Virus record (IMG/VR): IMGVR_UViG_3300023267_000006
Location: 1 to 38,935 of that record
Length of the DNA stretch: 38,935 nucleotides
Reading direction: 5' to 3' (one strand)
From: a virus
Lineage: Duplodnaviria > Caudoviricetes
Shown here piece by piece: positions 17,709-26,603 of the stretch (position 1 is its first letter; each line of letters begins with the position of its first letter). Made by a program: the position numbers and the translations under genes. The notes under the pieces were generated by a model. It was not told the origin of the DNA and made no database searches. It was given only the letters and a program-made list of their open reading frames with translations.

Positions 17709-18214
17709 AATCTGTCTGATACCGGAACGTAGTAATTTCCTCTTCTTAATTCTTTAATTAGCGAACCCTGTATAACCTTTGTCATCGACTTCTTTTGCAC
17801 GTCAGAAAGGCTAATCGGTTCGCGCTTGGGTAAGTTTCCGGAGCCTCTTTGGTGATAAATTCCGTACGGAATAGTCGTGCCGACGGCGATCTCTGTCTTT
17901 GTTGTTTGGTAGTACGATCCCAGAGCGTTGCCAGTGAGCGATTTAACCAAGGCCCCTGAGGCTTCAAGGATGTTCTTACCCGGACCGTAACGCCGTATCT
18001 TTTGAGCTGCGTACCGCTTGCTGAGAGTTTTCCAGGTACCAGAGGCACCTTTACCGCCCTCGCTATCAAATTGTTCACCCTCGATTACCCAGAAAAAATC
18101 CCGTACGTCTGGCCAGATCGGAGTAAGATCGTCAAAAACCGCATCCATTCGCGAAAACGTGCGATTAAACTGATCTTCACCGTCGACGGTGATCTGTATC
18201 TTAGCGCCGGCCAT
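17705..18214 (-). CDS. Neck/virion morphogenesis protein (Mu gpG-like)
   Basis: WKTLS...ILEASGALVKSL...VGTTIPYGIYHQRG...PKR motif. Confidence 0.82.
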   Translation of the reverse strand: MAGAKIQITVDGEDQFNRTFSRMDAVFDDLTPIWPDVRDFFWVIEGEQFDSEGGKGASGTWKTLSKRYAAQKIRRYGPGKNILEASGALVKSLTGNALGSYYQTTKTEIAVGTTIPYGIYHQRGSGNLPKREPISLSDVQKKSMTKVIQGSLIKELRRGNYYVPVSDRL

Positions 18215-18323
18215 CTTTGTCTTTTACTAACAGTTTTTTGCTTTTATAGATCACCTTGCCACATTTCCGGCACGTATAAAGCTGGTCGACCGAACGCTTA
18301 AATTTGTGTTCGCAGTTTTCCAT
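18201..18323 (-). CDS. 40-aa zinc-ribbon microprotein
   Basis: MENCEHKFKRSVDQLYTCRKCGKVIYKSKKLLVKDKDGRR; ATG directly follows the adaptor stop and the ORF fills the gap. Confidence 0.55.
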   Translation of the reverse strand: MENCEHKFKRSVDQLYTCRKCGKVIYKSKKLLVKDKDGRR

Positions 18324-18890
18324 TTACGAGAAATAGGTATTTAGCGAATAGATCTCTCGGTAACGCTTCGTTACGGCTGAAAATGTCGGTGAAAACTCAG
18401 CATTGATCGCCGCGGCTGATACGCCGCTCATATCGGCGAACGCCAGATCTTTCTTTCGCCATTGAAATAACGCCTGCTCGATACACGCCATTTGGATATC
18501 TGACGGAATGGCTGCGAAACCGAATCGAGCGGTTACAGCGATAATTGCAGATGTTGGTAAATTAAAATCGAACACTAGATAGCCATCAGCTTCATGGTAT
18601 TGCCGATCTGACTCATCGGCCTCAAAATACTCAGTTCCGGCGTCATCGATACTGGTAATCGAGTCGGGAATGTAAGGGGAAAGTTTTAGATACTGAGTGG
18701 ATTTACCGCGAAAGCTCTTCGTGGAAACGGCAACTTCTGCAACATTAAAGAACCCGTCCGAGACTTCACACTCACGATCAAACAACCGCGAAACACCATC
18801 GGCAAGCAGCTCCCAAACGTCATCATTATCAGCCTCATTCGCGACGGCTGCGTTCTTGATGGTTTCAACTTCAACGTATAGATTTGGCAT
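18324..18890 (-). CDS. Head-tail adaptor (SPP1 gp15/HK97 gp6-like)
   Basis: YVEVETIK...SRLFDREC...GFAAIPSDIQMACI motifs. Confidence 0.82.
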   Translation of the reverse strand: MPNLYVEVETIKNAAVANEADNDDVWELLADGVSRLFDRECEVSDGFFNVAEVAVSTKSFRGKSTQYLKLSPYIPDSITSIDDAGTEYFEADESDRQYHEADGYLVFDFNLPTSAIIAVTARFGFAAIPSDIQMACIEQALFQWRKKDLAFADMSGVSAAAINAEFSPTFSAVTKRYREIYSLNTYFS

Positions 18891-19048
18891 TTAATAAACT
18901 TTTCAAAAGGCGGACGCTGCACGATTTTTGCAGAGACCGAGAACATATAATTTCAGGTACCGCCCGCAACAATGTTAATTGAGATCTCAAGATCAGCCAT
19001 TTAGTAAAGCCCCACCCTAAACCGTGTACGCTCCTGTTAAAACCTCAT

Positions 19049-20965
19049 TTAATTCGTAACTAAAAACCCTACTGATGTTTCAGCGGTTGCAGGTGCGGAC
19101 AGGTTGATAACAAACGATCCGGCTCCGGGTACTACATTTTTAATCACTGCCGTCGCATCATTTGTACGTATAGTGCAGAAAATTATTGAGTTCGCATTAA
19201 CCATTGCGTCGGTCACTGTGACTGAGGATGCTCCGGCAGCAAAATTAACAGTTCCCGCCATTCTGTCGATCGTTCGAGCGCCTGTAGTACCGCCCGGCGT
19301 GATTGTTCGGTCGAGGAGCAGATCACCCTCTCCCGGATTGTTGGCGGCGAGTATGAGCATCCCGTGAATGGTAGCCCCTCCCACGGCGTTCCCCGCCGTA
19401 TTTGTAGAGAAAGCGGGGAATGTGGCCTGTGCGACCCCGTTCGCCGCTATCCCTAGGGTGTTGGCTGTCGCCCTATAAACACCGGTATCAGGATCAAGGA
19501 GAAAATTAAAGGTGGGGGCGGCGGCCGATCCGTTGACTCCGCCGAATCCCCCCACAGGAGTGCCGTTAGACCGCGTATACTCCACACACCGCACCGCATC
19601 CGAGCCTTCCGATATAAACCTTGCAACATCCCCTGCCGCTACGGTGATATTTGCACCTCCGGGGAGAATAAGCGTCGTCGCATGGTGTGTGAGGGTCAAA
19701 CCAGCACTGTCAAAGATCAGGCCAAACTCACGTCCGGCCTTGTCCGTTGCCGGATCGATGTCAGTGATGCTAGTTCCACCTGTAATGTGAAACCAGCCAC
19801 CCTCACCTATCACAATGGTGGCGGCAGAGGCAATATCTGCCCCCTTATCCCAAAGAGCGGCTAGAGCGGCTGGCGTGACGGCTTTGGCGGTATCTGTTCC
19901 GGTGAGCACCTCCGTTGCCGTCGCCAACTGAGGGATAGCAGCGGCGGCGGCAGCGGCCACAGCATCTATTTCTTGCTCGATACCATCGATACCGCCCGCC
20001 GAAACATCGCCCGAAACGGTAACCGGAGCGGTTGTGTCACCCTCGTACCAAAGCACCTTATCGTTTCCGACCGTACCGGCGACATCGTTTGTGAATTTCA
20101 AGACGTTCGCCGAAGGGTGTGAAAACATCGTGCCGCCGAAATACTGGTCATTCAGATAGAAAACGAGATTGTCGAGCGTATCTGATAATGTCGCTCCGAT
20201 CTGAATTCCGCCGTCATTATCAGCATCGTCATTAAACGTGGCCCAAAAATCGTCAAGAATACCGGCAAGCACCTGCCCGTTTGCTGGATTTGCCCCGAAC
20301 GTGTAGGTGCCGGTCGCTGCAATCCCAAACAATGTTCCGTCTAAGGCAACGTTATCAGTCGGTTCGCCCGTGAGATCTTCAAAGGCAATAGAGACCCCCG
20401 CAACCGCGTCGTCGATCGCGGCCTGCTGTAGGGTCGAGACTGGCTTCGCAGTGTCTGCGGTATTATCGACGTTGCCGAGGCCGACGTCGGATTTTGTCAG
20501 CACGACAACGCCAATTTGGCCGTTCACTGAATCAATCGCTCCAGTTACCTCAAGATCACCGAACCCAAGAACCGAATCTCCATTAATCGTTTTTATATTC
20601 GATCCTGAAACGAGAGTGTTTTGTTTATTCGCTACTGCCTGATCGATATAGCCCGTAATGTTATCGGTAAGACCACCGCTCAGCGCGAGTAATTCACTCA
20701 GGTTAATAGGATCGTCACCCGCCGGCAGATAAATACGGGCCTTAGTTTTCCCGTTGCTGCTTGGGAGTTCAAGATCATAACGAACCGTTCCTTCTGCAAG
20801 TACCGGAAGCTCGATCGTTGCCACACCCTCAGCGTCAGTCGTGACTTCGTATTTCTCTTCGAGCAAAACGCCGTCATCTATCGACGTGAGAGCCGGAAAG
20901 AACCGAAGCCGTCTCGCTTGCGGAACCTGTTCAACCAATTCAATATTTACTGTGCGTTCAGCCAT
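19049..20965 (-). CDS. Mosaic fibre protein encoded in the head module
   Basis: Fibre motifs SVNGQIGVVVLTKSDVGLGNVDNTAD, QLATATEVLTGTDTAKAVTP and DPDTGVYR; Gly/Thr/Ala-rich. Confidence 0.7.
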   Translation of the reverse strand: MAERTVNIELVEQVPQARRLRFFPALTSIDDGVLLEEKYEVTTDAEGVATIELPVLAEGTVRYDLELPSSNGKTKARIYLPAGDDPINLSELLALSGGLTDNITGYIDQAVANKQNTLVSGSNIKTINGDSVLGFGDLEVTGAIDSVNGQIGVVVLTKSDVGLGNVDNTADTAKPVSTLQQAAIDDAVAGVSIAFEDLTGEPTDNVALDGTLFGIAATGTYTFGANPANGQVLAGILDDFWATFNDDADNDGGIQIGATLSDTLDNLVFYLNDQYFGGTMFSHPSANVLKFTNDVAGTVGNDKVLWYEGDTTAPVTVSGDVSAGGIDGIEQEIDAVAAAAAAAIPQLATATEVLTGTDTAKAVTPAALAALWDKGADIASAATIVIGEGGWFHITGGTSITDIDPATDKAGREFGLIFDSAGLTLTHHATTLILPGGANITVAAGDVARFISEGSDAVRCVEYTRSNGTPVGGFGGVNGSAAAPTFNFLLDPDTGVYRATANTLGIAANGVAQATFPAFSTNTAGNAVGGATIHGMLILAANNPGEGDLLLDRTITPGGTTGARTIDRMAGTVNFAAGASSVTVTDAMVNANSIIFCTIRTNDATAVIKNVVPGAGSFVINLSAPATAETSVGFLVTN

Positions 20966-20983
20966 AATTTTCTAATCCTAAAG

Positions 20984-21013
20984 AAAAAAAGACGGTGTTA
21001 TTAATACACCGCC
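20984..21013 (-). terminator. Intrinsic terminator
   Basis: Minus strand GGCGGTGT-loop-ACACCGTC followed by T7. Confidence 0.75.
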
Positions 21014-21036
21014 TTTAGTCTTAATTGTGGATTTGG

Positions 21037-21447
21037 TTAGCTTCGGCGCTGGAATGTAAGCAGCACACGCCCCTCGGTAACAGTATTAGCAAGCGTTCCC
21101 GCCCCTGTGCCGATGAACTTAAGGCGATCACCCTCATTCGTATCTCGATTGGCTATCGTACCGTTTAGAGTTAAGTTTCGCTTTGCGTTCGCGGTCAAAG
21201 CGGACCCGCCGGTTATCGCTGTTGAATTTACCGCTGCCGTGCTAAGCATGTCAGTAATACCGAGGCCGTCTGAACCAAGATTTTTCAACACAAAACTTGC
21301 TTTGTTCGTGTCATGAGCAGCCAACGCGTCAACTGCCGAAAAGACAGCACTGACAAGACGCCCACCCGGTGAAATACCGTACCCGTTAACCGAACCGGCA
21401 GCGGTTGCGATCGTCGGAACGGTGATTGTTATTGTTTTCTTAGCCAT
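21037..21447 (-). CDS. Probable capsid decoration protein
   Basis: Small beta-rich Ala/Thr/Gly protein just after the capsid gene. Confidence 0.5.
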   Translation of the reverse strand: MAKKTITITVPTIATAAGSVNGYGISPGGRLVSAVFSAVDALAAHDTNKASFVLKNLGSDGLGITDMLSTAAVNSTAITGGSALTANAKRNLTLNGTIANRDTNEGDRLKFIGTGAGTLANTVTEGRVLLTFQRRS

Positions 21448-21452
21448 GATAA

Positions 21453-21719
21453 TTATTCGCCGCTTTTGTTTTCAGCCGGCGCCGCTCCTTTTTTGTTATT
21501 GGCCGGTTCTGCGGCTTTCTTGGCATCATCGGCCTTTTCAACCGATGCCGGTTTTGGTGCTTTTACAACGCCCATTTCAACCGCCTCAGTCATCGGAATA
21601 GTGACGCCCTCAGCAACCTTAAGGTAGTTGCGGCCATCCTCAGTTTCGCCGTAATAATCTTTATCGGCAGTGAAGTTACCGCCTGTGCTTACTTGTGTAT
21701 TTTTCTCGATACCCATCAT
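21453..21719 (-). CDS. Hypothetical head-associated protein
   Basis: GGAG SD; Lys/Ala/Pro tail (PANNKK, PAENK) common in post-capsid genes. Confidence 0.7.
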   Translation of the reverse strand: MMGIEKNTQVSTGGNFTADKDYYGETEDGRNYLKVAEGVTIPMTEAVEMGVVKAPKPASVEKADDAKKAAEPANNKKGAAPAENKSGE

Positions 21720-21742
21720 TTGTTTCTCCCGTAAAAGTTTTG

Positions 21743-21779
21743 AAAAAGGCGGCTCTAGTTAATTCAGTAACCGCCTTTC
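21743..21779 (-). terminator. Intrinsic terminator after the major capsid gene
   Basis: Minus strand AAAGGCGG...CCGCCTTTTT. Confidence 0.65.
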
Positions 21780-21795
21780 ATAAATACCAATCAAC

Positions 21796-23052
21796 TTACC
21801 AAGTGATCAGCTCGAAAGCCTTTGGCCGGGTGACTGCAAATGCAGCACGAAGCTCAGCCAAAATAGCGACGGCGTTCTGCAGGAAGAAATTACCCGGCTC
21901 ACCGACACGAATATTCGACTGCTCACGATCCCAAAGCTTGGCACCAAGCTTGTACTGACCGACGATGCAGTATCCGGTTGTCATGGCCTGAGTTTCGACC
22001 ACCTTGACGCGCCAGATACGATTGAGAACGGGATCGTACACCTTGAGGTAGTTACCGTTATCGTCTTTCTCCAGCTCCAGAGTTTCACCCTGTGCCGGAT
22101 TGATCACAATACCGTCCGGCTCGTAATATTCAAGCCTAACGTCGGTGATCGCACGGCGAATAGTGTCAGCCATGTTGTCCGTCGCCAATCCGCGGGCAGC
22201 AACTACCTGGTGAGTACGAGTCTGAATACCAGACGCGTTTTTAATACCCGTAAAATGAGCGCCAGAACCGGAACCGACAAGGACCTCATTTTCGAGAACG
22301 TTCTCGATCTGATACATCAGTTCGTTGTCGATCATGCCGCGCAGATTCGGAGCATCGTTTAAGATCTGACGCGAAGCCGGAATGTATTCTGCGATCGTTT
22401 TCACGGACGCGGTTTTGAGGTCCAAGGTCAGATCACCGGCGGGCTTATTGCCGAACTTCTGCGAATAGTCACCCGCTCCGGGTGTGATTGCCGCATCGTA
22501 CTCTAGTACCACGGCAGCGTTGTTGGTGCGCGAGTCCATGATCACGTATTCGACGGCATCAACCGATGTCTGACCGACGTTGATCAGGTCAAGGACCGAC
22601 GGCGGGCGTTGACGTGCGATATCCAAAATATCGGGCTCACGATCAGGACGTACCGCATACCCGCCCTGGGTATCGGTCGTGTTATAGATCGCTTTCATGA
22701 GTCCGGGAACGTCGACGGCCTGCATTTCACGCCGATCATTGTTCTTGAACTCATTCGACTCGATAACACGCTGGCCAAACGATTTACGCTCATTTTTTCC
22801 GGCATCGGCGGCAGGGTTAGGCTTGCCATCGTCACCGCCTGCGGGCTCAAGTGTATATTCGGCGAATTTATCGAGAGTTTCGAGGTTCTCGATCTCGGTA
22901 CGTAGCGTTTTGCCGGCTTCGATGAAATTCTCGAATTTCTGCCGATTCTCGGGCGTACGTTCGGCCTCAGTGGTTTCCATAGTCGCGATCAATATTTTCG
23001 CGTCGTTCGTGAGCTGTGCAAGCTCCTGTTTTTTCTTTTTGATATCAGACAT
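21796..23052 (-). CDS. HK97-family major capsid protein
   Basis: N-terminal coiled-coil delta domain; GGYAV, SRQILNDA, DDNGNYL and AELRAAFAVTRPKAF motifs. Confidence 0.95.
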   Translation of the reverse strand: MSDIKKKKQELAQLTNDAKILIATMETTEAERTPENRQKFENFIEAGKTLRTEIENLETLDKFAEYTLEPAGGDDGKPNPAADAGKNERKSFGQRVIESNEFKNNDRREMQAVDVPGLMKAIYNTTDTQGGYAVRPDREPDILDIARQRPPSVLDLINVGQTSVDAVEYVIMDSRTNNAAVVLEYDAAITPGAGDYSQKFGNKPAGDLTLDLKTASVKTIAEYIPASRQILNDAPNLRGMIDNELMYQIENVLENEVLVGSGSGAHFTGIKNASGIQTRTHQVVAARGLATDNMADTIRRAITDVRLEYYEPDGIVINPAQGETLELEKDDNGNYLKVYDPVLNRIWRVKVVETQAMTTGYCIVGQYKLGAKLWDREQSNIRVGEPGNFFLQNAVAILAELRAAFAVTRPKAFELITW

Positions 23053-23073
23053 TTGCTTAAATTTCTCCTTAAA

Positions 23074-23880
23074 TTAGTTAGTTAAAGTTTCGATTTCGAG
23101 AGCGTGAAGCTTCAACCAATCGGAAGAAAGTGAAGTGCCTGACTCAGCGGCTTCGGCTTTCGGTTCATCGGTGGAATCATCGTCTTCTTTGGGATTGCAG
23201 ACGGCTCCCAAATCTTTAGCCGCATTGTGAATAAGTTCGATAAGCTTTTGATCGCTGTCGGCGTTACGCCGTCCGGCTTTGATCTGCGCAGAGATCATGC
23301 TCAGATTCGACGCGATAACGCCTAAAGGCAGAGCATCATAGTGCTTGGCACCATCGGCAACCGTGGCCGCATTGCAGCCGTACAGTACATCGCTGGTGTC
23401 GTAGAGCTTGAGTTCTAGTAGCTCTCTGATTTCGTGCGTTTTGTTTGGATCGCCCGGCGTCGGTTCGGTCCGCGTTTGGCTCTGGATAGTGTCGTAAGCA
23501 AACGACATTTCATTGATGTCGCCGGCGTCGATGGCAGCTAGTACCCAATCGGCAAGGTCGATATTTTCGTAATAATTACGTTTAACAAGTAAACCGCCAG
23601 AGGCATCTGGTGATTTTTCTAATACTTCCTGAGGCAGTTCGGCGCGGGAAAGCTCCCGCAGCTCTACGATCGACGCAATCGGCGGATGCTGATAGCTATG
23701 GTTCCAAAGATGTTTGCACCGTTTCGCACCCTCAGACAGCGTTTTTGCGAATGCTCCGGGCATAACTCGATCACCGATGGCGTCGATATTGCCAAAAACC
23801 GCAGCTATTCCGGCCCGAGTACGTCCGGTTGCTTCGCTTTTGAGGTTGGTAAACGGTAAGGATTTATAATCTCGATCCAT
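23074..23880 (-). CDS. HK97-family prohead protease
   Basis: AAVFGNID...GAFAKTL...LWNH...MSFAY...LYDTSDV motifs. Confidence 0.92.
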   Translation of the reverse strand: MDRDYKSLPFTNLKSEATGRTRAGIAAVFGNIDAIGDRVMPGAFAKTLSEGAKRCKHLWNHSYQHPPIASIVELRELSRAELPQEVLEKSPDASGGLLVKRNYYENIDLADWVLAAIDAGDINEMSFAYDTIQSQTRTEPTPGDPNKTHEIRELLELKLYDTSDVLYGCNAATVADGAKHYDALPLGVIASNLSMISAQIKAGRRNADSDQKLIELIHNAAKDLGAVCNPKEDDDSTDEPKAEAAESGTSLSSDWLKLHALEIETLTN

Positions 23881-24041
23881 GAAGATGAGATTAAAGAAAA
23901 AAAATAGTGGTTATTTTTTGACCTTTGGGTAAAATGTTTAACTTTTATTTAAGTATTTTGAATGCGGATATTTAGTTGAGCCTTACACACTCAAGTAACC
24001 TAACAAAGCGGTCACTTTGGTAACTTAAATTGCGCATTTAA

Positions 24042-24071
24042 TAGACTTTTGCCTACATTAAATGTTATAAC
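24042..24071 (+). promoter_or_regulatory. Rightward promoter with overlapping operator-like site
   Basis: TAGACT-N18-TATAAC with extended TG; TACATTAAATGTT (24054-24066) is one mismatch from the operator consensus. Confidence 0.55.
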
Positions 24072-24078
24072 CGTATTA

Positions 24079-24350
24079 CCTTATTCGGGTACTCAGCATT
24101 TCTGATTGTGATTTAGTTGACGACGTATACACGGGCGGACTCAACTAGAGACGTCAGGAGGTGAGTAGGAAAATTGGAAAAAGATAAAGGGAAGAAAAAG
24201 CTTCCCGTTCCCGAGGGTTATAAGTTGGTTTTCACGGCCTATATAACTCTCAAGAACGGAAAGCGGCTATACGCCAGCACCATTGGTAAAAAAGCCTTCC
24301 CGCTTCTGATACCGATCAACTAGTGGCCTAGCCTGAGTACCCGAATAAGG
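24079..24350 (+). ncRNA. Structured RNA enclosing a small ORF, with an 18-bp perfect terminal inverted repeat
   Basis: CCTTATTCGGGTACTCAG (24079-96) and CTGAGTACCCGAATAAGG (24333-50); inner hairpin 24099-24160 whose G-U pairs favour the + strand. Confidence 0.6.
24174..24323 (+). CDS. 49-aa basic small protein
   Basis: AGGAGGTGA SD (24156-64), TTG start; MEKDKGKKKLPVPEGYKLVFTAYITLKNGKRLYASTIGKKAFPLLIPIN. Confidence 0.75.
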   Translation: MEKDKGKKKLPVPEGYKLVFTAYITLKNGKRLYASTIGKKAFPLLIPIN

Positions 24351-24460
24351 CACTCGTTAGAATTAAATTTCGTTGCTTTGCGAACCCTAAAACTAACGTA
24401 GTTGTATAATTTTTCCACAAGTAAAGTCAAGCAGTGTATAGCACCCCACCTTATACAACA

Positions 24461-26602
24461 TCAAACAACTACAGCCACGTGAATACATCGACACCGATCA
24501 CCGCCGTCACAATCGGGATTTGGGGCCGCAGGCAAGTCGGCGGGATCGTCTGCCGTTTCGCCGTCAGCATCGCCGCAAGGATTGCATGTATTGGCGTCCA
24601 AGATCGCCGAATACTCAATGTGATCTAGCTGATCAATATTATCTTTGATCTCATCGTCACGACCTTTAGAAATGGCAGCATTGACGGCACTACCGGCGAT
24701 TTGATCGATATACTTTTCGCTCTGAGCGGTTAGGGTCTCTAACAATTTCTCTAACAAATAATCGTTTAAGAGTTTTAGAGTTAGATACTGATTTACTGCC
24801 CGTGAAGTGATCTCGGTGATCAGTCGAGAAACCATGCCGTCGGTAAGTTCGTCCAGATATTCAATCCAATCAGTGATATCGGCTTTCTGGAATTCGATAA
24901 ACAAATTCCCTTTAGCCGTCTGCTGTACCGTGATCTCTTCGATAATCTGCTGCTTACCGGCTTGATATGCCGAACGCAGGGCTTTAGCCAATTCTTTACG
25001 TAATTTCGGGTCCGGCGTCAGTGTGAGCGTGTGAGCGGTTTCAGATGTGAGATTATCAAGCTTGTTTGCGGCCTGCTGAATGAGATCAAGACGAAAACGC
25101 TTGAGGATCGTGATCGCTTTATCTCTTTCGCTGTCGTAATCGGCAACGATCTTTTTGAGATCGATAATCAATTCGACGCCGCGCGGCTCACGGCCCAAGG
25201 TAAGGCCGTCTAAATCAAAAGTTTTTTTTTCGAGATCTTCGAGCGATTCCGGTAACGCTTTTGGCGGTGTGGGCTCGGGCAATGCCGCAGGCTCTTTACC
25301 CGCCGGCACTTTTTGCGTAGCTTCGATGGCTCGATTCTCAGGAGATAATGAAACCACGTTGATCGGCTGAATGTAATAATCGCCTTTCGGGTCTGCGATC
25401 TGACCGGTAGCCTGGCGAAACTCGTTTAAGGTCCAACCGCCCGCCTTAAAATTCTCCCGGGCCCGCTTATGGATCTCTTCAACATCTTCCTGCAGAAATG
25501 CAACGTGCGATATATCATAAGCCACACGAACACGGTCCGCACGGATGTTTTCTATCTCTTCGAACTCGGGCAATACGAACCAGGTAAGCCATTCGCGCAT
25601 TACCGCAAGCTCACCCGATATTTTGTTATCCCAGAAATTACGCAGATCGGCTTTAGCTGTAGCGTTTGCCGTAACATGCAGTAACCCGACGTATGCACCA
25701 ACTAAATTAGGCGGTACGCCGAAGACAGAGCAAATACGGCTTTCGAAACGTCCTGAAAGCGAATCGGCTGCCAGCTCATCAAGATTACTGCCGATCTTTT
25801 GATAATCGGCGTTCTGATCGAGTACCGCGATGCCTTTTTGGTTCGAGCCGCCGCGCGAGTATTTCTTTCTCCACTTTGCCTGTAGCTCTTCGCGTTTTGT
25901 CTCAGAAAGATTCGAATTCAAGATCTTCAAGATACCTGACGGCGTACCATCGCTCTCAAAAAACGCATCGATATAATCAGAAAGCCCGAGATCGGCATTT
26001 ATAGACTTGAGAGCAGCACTAAGCGGGGCGAACCCGCCGAACTGGTCCATAAGATCAGGCCGCCGCCGAATGATCAGGTCTTCTTTTTTGATCGGTACAC
26101 GTCGACCGTCTTTCTTGATGTATTCATAGCTGACGATCTCGCTATTAGAGCGATCGTACACCGGGCGTACACGCGTCGGCGGTAATACAGTCAGGGTTAC
26201 CGGGATACCCGCACTCGAACGCTCAAGGTGCCCGTAAAATCGTCCGATTCCCTGCTCAGATTGCACCATTAGCTTGCGCACATCCCGGCCGGTCTGATTC
26301 GGATTCGGACGCTTGAATAAAGCCGGTAAAAGATGCCCCTCTTTCTTTTCCCAGACGCCTTTGGCGTTTTTCACCTCAACAATAATCTCAGCATCGTTCA
26401 TCACGTCGGCGATCTTGTTAATGCAAGAGAAAACCAGTTCATGGTTACGATAAGCGGTAAACGCGGAATTTCCGTCGTAGCGGATACGTGAAGACGTGCG
26501 ACTTAAGCCAAATTTCTCCCAGATCGATACATCCGTAAGAGATAGGGCCTCAGAGCTTTTCGTTCCAAATGCAAAGTTTTTGAGATCAAGTAAAAGACCC
26601 AT
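24461..26602 (-). CDS. Portal protein (HK97-type) fused to a MuF-like minor head domain
   Basis: VFSCINKIA, RPNP and ICSVFGVPP portal motifs; Pro-rich linker; C-terminal YSAILDANTCNPC...CRC. Confidence 0.9.
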   Translation of the reverse strand: MGLLLDLKNFAFGTKSSEALSLTDVSIWEKFGLSRTSSRIRYDGNSAFTAYRNHELVFSCINKIADVMNDAEIIVEVKNAKGVWEKKEGHLLPALFKRPNPNQTGRDVRKLMVQSEQGIGRFYGHLERSSAGIPVTLTVLPPTRVRPVYDRSNSEIVSYEYIKKDGRRVPIKKEDLIIRRRPDLMDQFGGFAPLSAALKSINADLGLSDYIDAFFESDGTPSGILKILNSNLSETKREELQAKWRKKYSRGGSNQKGIAVLDQNADYQKIGSNLDELAADSLSGRFESRICSVFGVPPNLVGAYVGLLHVTANATAKADLRNFWDNKISGELAVMREWLTWFVLPEFEEIENIRADRVRVAYDISHVAFLQEDVEEIHKRARENFKAGGWTLNEFRQATGQIADPKGDYYIQPINVVSLSPENRAIEATQKVPAGKEPAALPEPTPPKALPESLEDLEKKTFDLDGLTLGREPRGVELIIDLKKIVADYDSERDKAITILKRFRLDLIQQAANKLDNLTSETAHTLTLTPDPKLRKELAKALRSAYQAGKQQIIEEITVQQTAKGNLFIEFQKADITDWIEYLDELTDGMVSRLITEITSRAVNQYLTLKLLNDYLLEKLLETLTAQSEKYIDQIAGSAVNAAISKGRDDEIKDNIDQLDHIEYSAILDANTCNPCGDADGETADDPADLPAAPNPDCDGGDRCRCIHVAVVV

Positions 26603-26603
26603 T

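Noticed and set aside
24079-24350. MITE/IS defined by the 18-bp inverted repeat
   Set aside because: No target-site duplication or transposase. The promoter position and G-U-containing inner stems fit an RNA structure better, though a DNA-level role is not excluded.
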